From the NCBI GenBank assembly GCA_051362555.1, contig CM120640.1:70410788-70474787 (forward strand): 64,000 bases of DNA, in the 5' to 3' direction. The position numbers and the translations under genes were made by a program. The DNA is from Lingula anatina. Lineage: Eukaryota; Animalia; Brachiopoda. The notes below the pieces were generated by a model. That model ran no database searches and had not been told where the DNA came from. It saw nothing but the letters and a program-made list of their open reading frames with translations. How positions within the stretch are numbered: position 1 is the first letter of the stretch; each line of letters opens with the position of its first letter. Shown here piece by piece: positions 24,001-35,015 of the stretch.

Positions 24001-27000
24001 TCTGAATGAGGGGCAAATAAACCTGTTGGAATACTTTACAAATAACATTCTAAATGTTAATCAGCTCTAGTTAGAGACAGTGAGTGAAAGACCAGAGTTA
24101 TAATAGCCTGAGAAATATTTTCCTGTAATGTGACATGCAAATGTTTTTGAAAAGATATGCTCTACACTTGTGCATATTTGGTCCTTAAAAGTGAGCAAAT
24201 GGACTAATTATAATATTGTTGAAGTTATAGTAAATCTGGATCATTTAAAAGTTGCCTTCAATTTTATTTCAGCATGATTAAGGCAGCTAATTCTGAAGAG
24301 GAAGTTTATAAGATTGCGAGAGCAGGGCAGGCCACTCTTGTTCGTATGAATCGTTTCCAGAAGCCGTTTGTGGCTGCTATTAATGGACAGTGCCTTGGTG
24401 GAGGTTTAGAGGTATGAAAATACCCAGCCATTTCTTCGTTTGTTTTAAAAGCCAATTTTTGTATGTTAAAAAAAGTTATATCCCCTTAATCATCATATTT
24501 TTCTCGTGTTTTAATTCTTTCATGATCCTTTCAGACTGCACTTCATTGCCAATACCGGATTGCTGTTGACCGCAAAGAAACCATCCTAGGTCAGCCAGAG
24601 GTGAAACTAGGACTGATCCCTGGGGCAGGAGGCACAGTGAGGCTACAGGAAATGGTAGGTTATTAAGTTGTGAATAAAACTCTTTCAACTTTCATATTTC
24701 ATATATTTATGGAGTTAAATAGATGCATATTTCCTCAGAGCATTCTGAAGTCAGGTAATTATTTAAGAGATCAGCAGTATATTGAGAGAAATAATTATGA
24801 AAATCTTGAGATGACATCTTTTTCAGCTCCCCACAAAAGATGCTGCCGATATCATGTTGACTGGCAAAAATATTAATGCAAAGAAAGCAAAGAAGATGGG
24901 ACTTGTAGATTCCTTGGTTCAGCCTTTAGGTGGGTGTTATCAATGACAAAAGTAGCCTTGATAATTTTGGGAAATATTACATGTTGCTTTAATGGAATGA
25001 CTAAACAGCTTTTCTGTCCTTCTTTAAGGTATCTCTTCTCAATAAGAGAAATAAAATATTTGCTGTCTATTAGACCCCATTCCCAGAGATTAGATCGACC
25101 CAAACTAGATCGACCTAACTCCCTGGGGGTTCACGCTAAATAGCTGTCAGCCAAGCGGGCACGAAAGTTAATTAACCCCTTACAGCTTGTAGCAGGCGGG
25201 ACGGACATTTAAGCTGGATTATCTGACAGTAATCTAGAGAGACTCCCCACGGGGATAGATCGATCTAAAATCTATGGGAATACGCCTTTAAATAAAACAA
25301 TGTCATATATTCTATTTTTACCTGTGTGGTATGGCATATGCTGACCATGTATTCTTGTTTACTTTAAGGACCTGGAGTAGATGATCCAGACCATGCCACA
25401 CAGACGTTACTAGAGGAAGTAGCCATCCAGGCTGTGCTGTAATTGGCTTTTCTCAATCATTTCTTGTGTGAAATTTGATACAAATGTCTTTCATGTATTA
25501 TCAGCACGGTTACAGCACAATTTCATGTTAAAATATTAGAAAATTGACCATGTAGCAGATGAAGAAAGTATTTAATTACATTATAGATTTACTGGAAATC
25601 TCTATGATGACAGGGATAGCAGCATGGCATAGATCTTTCTTATTTTGTCATATTATTTCAGAGATATGTGCACTGGAAAGATAAGGAGACAGAGAAGAAG
25701 TGATTACATGAAAATTGTGGATTGTAAGCATTTTATGTTCATCCATAGTATACTTAAATCACATTGAAATTGTGTAGGAAACATCAACTGCTTTCTCACT
25801 TTTATTCCTTTACTAAAATACTCTGAATGTAGCATTCCTGCATTGATTTCTTAAATGAATTTTTTTATTTTTATTTTTATTTTACTTTCGACAAGGAAGC
25901 TATGTTAGTTAGTTTATTTGTCAACATTATGCAGAAAGATGAGGGCGGATTTTGATGAAATTTTCCATGGGCTAAGGAAGAAATGATTAGACTTTGGGGA
26001 TTTAACATAAATAAATATATCTTGATCCTCTTCATTGTATATGTCACACATGCATAGTATCACTTGCCTCATATTGAAATTTTTTTTTGTAAGTGTTTCT
26101 AGGCACATGCGATGTCAATTGTCTATGCTTACATCATATCTATATTACAATTAAAGTCCTTGCATTCTCTGGGCGCTTTTTCTAGTTTATTTTATTAGTG
26201 TAAATTTTTTAAATGAAATCTTTCTATTTGTGCCTTTTCTCATTCCAATATAGGGTTAATAGAGGCAGACACAAAATTCGAGAAAGACACTTTTCCCTAC
26301 CTACGTACATGGAAGCCACTTTTCTGGAAGAACGCTAGAAAACAGGTTGTGAAGTTAACTGGCGGCCATTATCCAGCTCCTCTGAAGATCTTGGATGTAA
26401 GTTGTTTGTGGTGTGCATGTTTGGTGTAACGCATAGCAAGCTGAGGTTATAAAGTGTTTATTGACCAGACTTGAGCTTTTTCCACGGAAACACGGAATTC
26501 TGTTCTGATGGGCAGCCCCCGGACCCGTGACTGGTTAGGTTTTGGATGTAGTGTTTTTTTTTGTTTTTTTTTTTAAACCTAGGCTCATGTCTGATTGACA
26601 TGCAGTTACACTGCTGCTGAATGGTCTAACAAAGTAGGATAGTACAGTGTAGCATAGTGTGACGGAGTAGTGTAAACAGAGTGGTGGCCCAAAAGTAGGT
26701 CAATACAATAATGAATACAAAATATACTGTTTAAGAAAAGATGAATTAATACAACATCAAAATTACACTTGTAAAAAACTAATAAACTTACATTAACATA
26801 TAATAATATGTGTTTCACAGAAATTCCTATGATAGTGTTAATACTCACACAATATTACCCCATCCCTGCTTTCTGGCTGGCACTTAACTGACAGACGCTG
26901 TGGTGAGCTAAACTAAGAAAACCCATCATACAGAGTTGAAAACTTATCATGCATGCATTGCCATGTTGGCAACAATTGGTTAAGATGCAAATGCAAATTT

Positions 27001-29499
27001 TTTACATTATTTACTAATGTAAGTATCTCTGTAATATATATTTTTGACTACATGCCTCCCCCCTCCAATCAGAGCTTGATATACTTACGGTTGTTGGTGT
27101 TACTTGTTCATTGCAAGTGATTTCTGGGGTCAGGCAACTACAATTGTAGTTAAATTTGTCTGCAAATGTATCTAATTACTTGTCTGATGTAAACTGGATT
27201 GCAGAAAGGGCAGGACAAGTGCCTGAAAATAGTTGTCAATCCCTGGCCCCTAAGTGGGACCATAATTTTGATTTATTGAAAATTTGCTTGGAAGCTTTTG
27301 ATTAGTGAAGAGACTGGTTGAAAATAGTCAAGTGTTTGTATTTTTGCCAGTATCCTGTATACTATTATCTTGTTGTGTAATAATTAATGAATTATGAAAG
27401 GTTTAACTATATAGCTATATGGTTTATACTTGTTTTCAGTTGATGGAGGCACAAATTGATACCAGAAACATGGATGACTATGAGTGGGAAGCAAAGGTCA
27501 GCTTTGAAAAATTGATTCACTGATTGATTGTAAAAGAATATTAAGTTTAGTTCAAAAGTTACCAGTTGAAATTTTAATAATTATATGAGAGATCATTAAT
27601 GCCAGAGAATTATTTTCATAGACACGTTTTTCTGCTTTTAAAAGAAGATCAGATCCATCAAATACATAACCATTAGGAACAACAGTAAATTATCAACTGT
27701 TTTTCATGGTTCTTTCCTCCAGTTTGTGAATTGATGCTATGTACAGCAAATGGGCATGTTGTTAGTAAAGATTGAAATGTTCATTTTGTTGATATTGTGC
27801 AGGCATTTGCGGCTTTATCCCAGACACCACAAGCCAGGAGTTTGATGCACCTTTACGAAGGAACCACCCACTGCAAAAAGAACACATATGGAGAACCCAA
27901 GAAGCCTGTTAAGTAAGTGTCTCCCCATTGTGTCTCTACAAAATGTTAGGGAGCTTTTTTTTTTTTAGTTTGCAGTTTGATAGAATGATACTTGGTAGAG
28001 ACTAGCAAATTGTGGCAGAAGTTGATAAAACTGTTCTTCGTACATTTTTTGGGCTAAAACAAGGGGTTAGCTAAGGGGCCATCCAAATTTCAATTGCCCT
28101 GTATTAGTTTTTTGTTATTTAAGTATTTTGATATTGTATTTCATTATATGCCTAAATCAATTCCGTGTGCAATGTGTACACTGTGACTAAGAAGTTGACA
28201 CATACTGAGTAGTATTGGAGCTGTGAAGTTATGTTAACAATAGTCTAAAAAAAAAACACCTATAAATAATTGGTAGTCTGACCTAAAAAAATATATGTAG
28301 AATATTTGGAAATGTGGAGTTAGCCAGTGTTGAGTTTGTCCCAGAGATAAACTGTGATATGTTCCTGTGTAGAAATGTGGCAGTCCTTGGTGCTGGTCTG
28401 ATGGGAGCAGGTATTGCTGAGGTCAGTATTGACAAGGGTTACCACATCACCATGAAGGACATGGCTCAGAGTGGACTGAACAGAGGAGTACTCCAGGTGG
28501 AGAAGTGTATACAGACTATGGTCAAGAAGAAGAAAATTACCAGGTAAGGGAGAAATTATGAAATGTGTCGTAAAATGAATAGTTAAGATGCTTTGTGTTG
28601 GTTGATTTTTATGTAGAATGATTTATATGTACAGACACCAAATTTCTGTATGTATTATGATTACCTGTGATGGTTGTTGCTTTCTGACACATTTGTTTAC
28701 CTCATAACCTTTAAACAATATTTTTGTTTTACTGTAAATTTACTAGGAAGTTTAAGTGTCTGGATTTTGTTATGTATTGGAAGGCTCACTAAATACGCAC
28801 TGAAATTCATCTTATTTAGATTTAATCTGTTTCTTTGAATTTATTTGCTCTGTGGCTGCATACGTGCCATCCTCAGTGTCTAGTTTTTAGTATTCTGTAT
28901 GAAAATATGACCACATGAATAGTGTATGAAATATAAATGAGATGATTGATTTCCAGCTTTGAGGCGGAGGAGGTGATGTCCCATCTGAACCCTACGCTGA
29001 CCTACGAGGACTTTGGCAAGTGCGATCTCGTCATAGAGGCAGTCTTTGAGGATATCAACATCAAGCATAAAGTGATCAAAGAAGTAGAGGAAGTAAGGAA
29101 CTGCATGTATTTCATCTTACTGATATGAATGTCAGTGTTCCAAAGTAAAATATGCTATGCTATGTTTTAGAAGTAAGCATTTAAACCTTTTGTTTTAAAC
29201 TCTGTACATTTGTTATCTTTTTGATGGCTTTAACATGTTCTTGTGAGCAGTTTCACATCCTGACATTCACACAGTCTACTTTTGCACTAATCCTTCCAAA
29301 AGCAAATATCACAGTTATTATAGTGAAATATGATACAGGAATATGTCTGTTAAGTTGCTCATGTTAACTTTTCTATTTCAGCACATCCCTGCCCACTGTA
29401 TTGTGGCTACCAACACCTCTGCCCTGCCAATAAGTGAGATTGCAAAGGCAAGCAAGAGACCAGAGAATGTAAGTCTTACCAGAAGACACAGATTGTACT

Positions 29500-29541
<42 letters not shown>

Positions 29542-32500
29542 CTTTCAGTGTTATGTGATTATATGGTTTGATTAAAAGATGAGAAGTTTCAGCAATCAAA
29601 CCAGAATACTATATTTCCAGGTCATTGGTATGCATTACTTCTCTCCTGTTGACAAAATGCCCCTGCTGGAAATCATCACCACACCCAAGACATCTCAGGA
29701 AGCTAAAGGTGAGCTCTGATCAAAGTCTTCAGATTTCTCGTCATGAGATCTTTATTTAAATGAGCTGAGGGCAGATAGGTGATTTTAATGATTGAATAGG
29801 TGTTTTTGATAATTGTCAAGAGTCTTGTGTGTCTGAATGGAGAGGAATCTGTATGCAGTATACGATAATTCCAGCTACTGCCGTATCAGTGGGCTTGAAG
29901 CAAGGCAAACTGGTGATTGTTGTGGGAGATGGGCCTGGATTTTACACCACAAGGATATTGGCTCCCATGCTCTCAGAAGCTATCCTTCTTTTGCAGGTAA
30001 GAACAAAATGTCTTCTTGTTTGCAACAATCTCCAATATTTTTATTGGCACAATACCTGTACAAGGCTATAAACATGGCAATATGTTACTATTGGTCAGTA
30101 GATGTAAAATCACTGTAATTTAGTCTCCACCTGTAGACATTTGCATGTTTATGCAAACGCCTTTCGTTCCTTTGGAGTTGATTTTCATGCTTCATCTCTT
30201 GTTCATAAGTAAATCTTTGTGTTATCCACCTCTTGCTTTGACCTTTCTTTTTGTCTCTTTTTCACGTTTTTCTCCTACACAAAATGTTCCCTTCCCATGT
30301 ACAAGTATTTTCCCTCCAAGTTCTTCATTCTGTGATTCAGTACAGTGTCAGGATGGTCATCACGATGTTTATGGACAGATAAATGAGTTGGGATATATGG
30401 CAATCAACTGCATCTGTCGTCGCTGTCACCATGCATTTGCCTTGGAAACACAATGAAAAGGAAGAACTTGTTACTTATTATTTTGAAACTTACAGGATTG
30501 ATTTATAGGACTAAAATCCAGCTCCACTTGATTTTCACACTGTCATTTTCAAGGTGTGATGTTGGATTCCTATGAGTCTGAAGCCCTGTGCTAGTTTTAT
30601 AAGAAATGTTGACCTGTGTGTGGTCTGGACTACTTCACTGTTACATATAAACTTTATTACTAACCCTGGCCTGTATTTGTGTGTGTAGGAAGGGGTATCC
30701 CCCACAGACCTGGATAAAGCCACCAAGGCCTTTGGCTTCCCTGTAGGCATTGCCACTCTAGCTGATGAAGTGGGTATTGATGTGGCAGCTCATGTAGCTG
30801 AAGACCTAGGGAAGGCGTTTGGTGCCAGATTTGGAGGTGGTGACCCCATGGTGCTGAAGGAAATGGTGTCCAAGGGAATGCTGGGTAAGTTTGTCTTAAT
30901 GTTTTATTTTAACCCTGTCATTGTTGGGCTTTTGTGATATCTGCAAATTTGTATTATAAGACCTGAGATGACATTGAAGATTTGTATTGTTAATATTACA
31001 TGCAAAGATGGCAAAGAAATGTTACTATGATTTTTTTTAGCAATGACAGACCTTGCTGTACAATATATCATTTACCCAATAGCACATTATTACCAATACC
31101 ATTATACTACCTTTGATATGTCCTTGTTCTTTAATAAGTCTAACAAAAGAGAGTTAATTTGCTTTATTCAGATGTTTATATGTATCATTATATGGCACAT
31201 TTCAGGACGTAAATCAGGAATGGGCTGCTTCATGTATGAAGGACCTGGACAAGCTAAAACGAAAAATGAAAATGAAGATGCATTGGGAATTCTTGAAAAT
31301 TACAAGCAGACGCCAAAAGTGGAGTTAGTATTGCAGTTGATATATCTTCTGAAATGTTTTATTCCAATTGTATAAGTAGACCTTGCTGGTTCAAGTTGTT
31401 TTTGAAACTAGACAATAATAGTGTGTAGATCATCTGTGGAGTGTTCCAGTGTCAGGTAAAAATAGTGTACAACCCTGTTTTCTCTGTATTCCAGAAACAG
31501 CGTAGAGAACATCCAGATGAGACTGGTGACCAGATTTGTCAATGAAGCCATTTACAGTTTACAAGATGGGATTCTGAAAGAACCAGTGAGTAGCTTTATT
31601 AGTACCACCAGCGTGTACGCTGGCGGTACTCATGGTTTTAGTCCCGACCCGTCTCGTCCGGCTCCGCCGGCTCCGTTGGCTCCGCCGGCTCCGTTGGCTC
31701 CGCCGGCTCCGCCGGCTCCGTAAGCTCCGCCGGCTCCGCGTACTGGCGCCGGATACAAGTCACCGTTACCGCTTCTCCTCCTAGACCGCAATGACCCCTG
31801 TCCCCATCTCTTGGATTTAGGTCACATATAACCTCAACTTGAACCCCCAGGTTTTTTTGTCTCAGTCGGTGCATTGACCTGGGCGTGACGCTAGTTGAAA
31901 TGCACCCTTGTCAAAATTTTTGAAAATTCAATGCCAATTATCTACCCTACGGAAGGAATTATGGGAAAATTTTCTACAGACGGCTTTCCAAAAGTCATAT
32001 GTGTAGATTTCAAATATGCCCTTGGATTAGATCTTTGACCTTTATTTCAAGGTCAAATGGGCCAAAATTTTCAAAAAAATGAAATTTTTTACGAAAAAAA
32101 ATATTATTTGCACTGTTATTCAGACACTACACAGACTTAACCAATAATTATATTGGAAAGTGTTACCCTTTGGGTCATCTTTCATCTCCATGAATTTGGG
32201 GTCAATCAGTGCATTTTCACGGGAGTAGCGGCCATAAAATATGTAACTCAGAATTGTAACATTTAGTCCCTTATATCTCCAAAACTGGCAGAGATAGGTC
32301 AATAGTTATTATTTAAGTTGAATAGGAAGTCATTTACTTGCAATCTAGATGTGACCTTGAAATTGACCTTTGACGTATTTTCACCATGAACTGAACTTTG
32401 CAAATTTTTGTTCCCTTTTATCTCCAAAACTGGCAGAGATAGGTCAATAGTTACTATTAAAGTTGAATAGGAAGTCATATACTGGCTATCTAAGTTGACC

Positions 32501-35015
32501 TTGAAATTGACCTTTGACCTACTTTTTACCATGAACTTAACATTGCAAATTTTGGTTCCGTTTAATCTCCAAAACTGGCAGAGATAGGTCCATAGTTACA
32601 ATTGAGCTTGAATAGGAAGTCATTAGAGGCAATTTACTCTGATCTTGAAATTGACATTTGACCTACTTTTCATCATGAATTGAAGTTTACCAATTTTCGT
32701 TCCCTTATAATTCCAAAACTGGCAGAGATAGGTCCATAGTTTCTGTTAAAGTTGAATAGGAAGTCGCATACTGGCAATTTAACAGTGACCTTAAAATTGA
32801 CCTTTGACCTACTTTTCACCATGAATTGAACTTTGACAATTTTCTTTCCCTTTTATCTCCAAAACTGGCAGAGATAGGTCTATAGTCACTATTGAATTTG
32901 AATAGGAAGTCATATACTGACAATTTACTGTGACCTTAAATTTGACCTTTGACCTACTTTTTACCATGAACCGAACTTTGCAAATTTTTGTTCCCTTTTA
33001 TCTGCAAAACTGGCAAAGATACACCCATAGTTACTATTGAATTTGAATAGAAAGTCATTAGAGGCAATTTATTGTGACCTTAAAATTGACCTTTGACCTA
33101 CTTTTCACCATGAATTGAAGTTTACAAAATTTTGTTCCCTTATATCTCCAAAACTGGCAGAGATAGGTCCATAGTTACTATTGAACTTGAATAGGAAGTC
33201 ATATACTGGCAATCTAAGTGTGACCTTGAAATTGACCTTTGACCTACTTTTCATCATGAATTGAACTTTGCAGATTTTCTTTCCCTTTTATCTCCAAAAC
33301 TGGCAGAGATAGGTCCATAGTCACTATTGAACTTGAATAGGAAGTCATATACTGACAATTTACTGTGACCTTAAATTTGACCTTTGACCTACTTTTAACC
33401 ATGAACTGAACTTTGCAAATTTTTGTTCTCTTTTATCTCCAAAACTGGCAAAGATATGCCCAAAGTTACTATTGAATTTGAATAGAAAGTCATTAGAGGC
33501 AATTTATTGTGACCTTAAAATTGACCATTGACCTACTTTTCACTATGAACTGAACTTTGCAAATTTTCGTTCCCTTATATCTCCAAAACAGGCAGAGATA
33601 GGTCCATAGTTACTATTGAACTTGAATAGGAAGTTATATACTGGCAATCTAAGTGTGACCTTGAAATTGACCTTTGACCTACTTTTCATCATGAATTGAA
33701 CTTTGCAGATTTTCTTTCCCTTTTATCTCCAAAACTGGCAGAGATAGGTCCATAGTTACTATTGAACTTAAATAGGAAGTCATATACTGGCTATCTAAGT
33801 GTGACCTTTAAATTAACCTTTGACCTTCCTTTTACTATGAACTGAACTTAGCAAATTTTTGCTCACCTTTATCTTCAAAACTGACAGAGATAGGTCCATA
33901 GTTACTATTGAACTTGAATAGGAAGTAATACACTAGCAATCTGTGACCTTGAAATTGACCTTTGACCTACTTTTGCATGTTTTCTGGCCTTTAAATCTGC
34001 AAAATTGGCAAAGAAATGCCCATGGTTGCTATGGAACTTGAATAGAAATTCATATACTATGATATTGAAATTGACCTTTGACCTACTTTTTCACCATGAA
34101 CTTAGCTTTGCATATTTTCTTGCCTCTCATATCTTTAAAACTAGCAGAGATGTGCCCATGTTTCCCCTAGGTTTTCTCTTTTGTCAGCATATATGCACCA
34201 TTAACAACACATTTCAAGGAAAACCAATAGGCCTTTTGTCTAGAGAATACAGTAGTGATCAAGGGTAGGAAAATGCAAGTCAATTCGAAAATCTGCTTGA
34301 TTGTACCATTTTTAGTTATATTTTTTTGCATATTTTGAGAACTCTTGTTGATTGCATCTTATAGAGCTTGTCAAACACAAGACTGGTGATGGTGTCCCTT
34401 TTAGGAGGGGGGGGGACATACAAATGCGCTTACTCCAGCTGGTGGTACAATATCCAGAGGCGGTATCGCCTCTCTGATCCTCTAGTTGTTATTATTATTC
34501 TCCTGTAGGATGAGATATTTGTCAATATGAAACTGGTGACAGTAGATCTAGAAAATATGTAATTGTGGGCTAGAAAAAATTTAAATTGCATTTCTGTAAC
34601 TTTGTTAACAGGTGTTTTTCTGTGAAATATCTAATGTTGCATTTTCTTTCTCAGCTTGATGGAGACATGGGTGCCGTAATGGGGCTTGGTTTCCCACCAT
34701 TTTTGGGGGGTAAGTATTTGAGTTTTTTTAAGACATGTCATAAAAATGATCATCATTTGCAGAAAATAAAATAACAGGACCTGCCCCTGTGCTTAAAGCA
34801 GTTAGTACTGTGACAGTAGGAGTACAAACAAAATTGCTATGTTCTTGTGTCTCTGTTTTCTAGGACCTTTCCACTATGTAGACACAATTGGAGCCAAGAA
34901 GATGGTGAAGATAATGGAGGAGTTTCAGGAAGCGTATGGAGAGGCATTTGCTCCATGCCAACTCCTTCTTGACCATGCAAAGAAAAAGTCTACAAAGTTC
35001 TATCCCAAAAAGTAA
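21039..35015 (+). CDS. HADHA: Mitochondrial trifunctional enzyme subunit alpha (enoyl-CoA hydratase / 3-hydroxyacyl-CoA dehydrogenase), ~773 aa, 22 exons
   Basis: Exons: 21039-21105, 21866-21898, 23254-23321, 23846-23979, 24273-24411, 24535-24654, 24827-24929, 25369-25438, 25662-25723, 26254-26396, 27440-27496, 27803-27912, 28373-28543, 28957-29092, 29382-29468, 29621-29708, 29875-29996, 30689-30884, 31206-31323, 31495-31585, 34655-34709, 34864-35015. 2322 nt, open frame. Mitochondrial presequence. Crotonase motifs [30 protein letters not shown]. Rossmann [12 protein letters not shown]. Also [28 protein letters not shown] and [12 protein letters not shown]. Confidence 0.96.
25073..25288. mobile_element. 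Small MITE-like inverted-repeat element in a HADHA intron
   Basis: attcccagagattagatcgacc (25079) pairs with gatcgatctaaaatctatgggaat (25258-25281). It retains CpGs inside a CpG-poor intron. Confidence 0.6.
25890..26187 (+). mobile_element. Degenerate Helentron/DINE-like relic
   Basis: 5' ggaagctatgttagttagtt, internal ggattttgatgaaatttt and gattagactttgggg, 3' gcattctctgggcgctttttctagtt. This is the motif order typical of such elements; the structure is decayed. Confidence 0.35.
30315..30455 (+). ncRNA. Candidate intronic box H/ACA snoRNA
   Basis: Hairpin TCCA..GTGAT/ATCAC..TGGA, then H-box-like AGATAA (30377-30382), then hairpin GGCAA..TGCAT/ATGCA..TTGCC, then ACA (30448-30452). About 140 nt, sense in a HADHA intron. 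Folded by eye only. Confidence 0.25.
31598..34487 (+). mobile_element. Non-autonomous Helentron-type (HINE/DINE-1-like) element with internal tandem array
   Basis: 5' subterminal repeat GTACCACCAGC inside palindrome GTACCACCAGCGTGTACGCTGGCGGTAC. A CCGGCTCCG microsatellite follows. 3' inverse GCTGGTGGTAC (34438-34448), stem-loop GAGGCG-GTAT-CGCCTC, end CTAGTT. T-rich flanks, no TSD. A second copy starts at 63387. Confidence 0.85.
32265..34150. repeat. ~145-bp tandem array (~13 units) inside the Helentron-type element
   Basis: An aaaactggca-like anchor at 32281, 32426, 32571, 32715, 32861, 33006, 33150, 33296, 33441, 33585, 33731 and 33877, then two degenerate units. Each unit carries TGACCTT motifs. 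Confidence 0.95.

Noticed and set aside
32265-34150. Regularly spaced repeats resembling a CRISPR array
   Set aside because: Whole units are homologous with no unique spacers, the context is a eukaryotic intron, and there are no cas genes.
34500-34545. Short matches to HADHA exon 20 (gatgaga, atttgtcaat, actggtgac) after a TAG acceptor-like site
   Set aside because: The fragments are in shuffled order and 10 nt or shorter, and no donor follows. Cannot be distinguished from chance.
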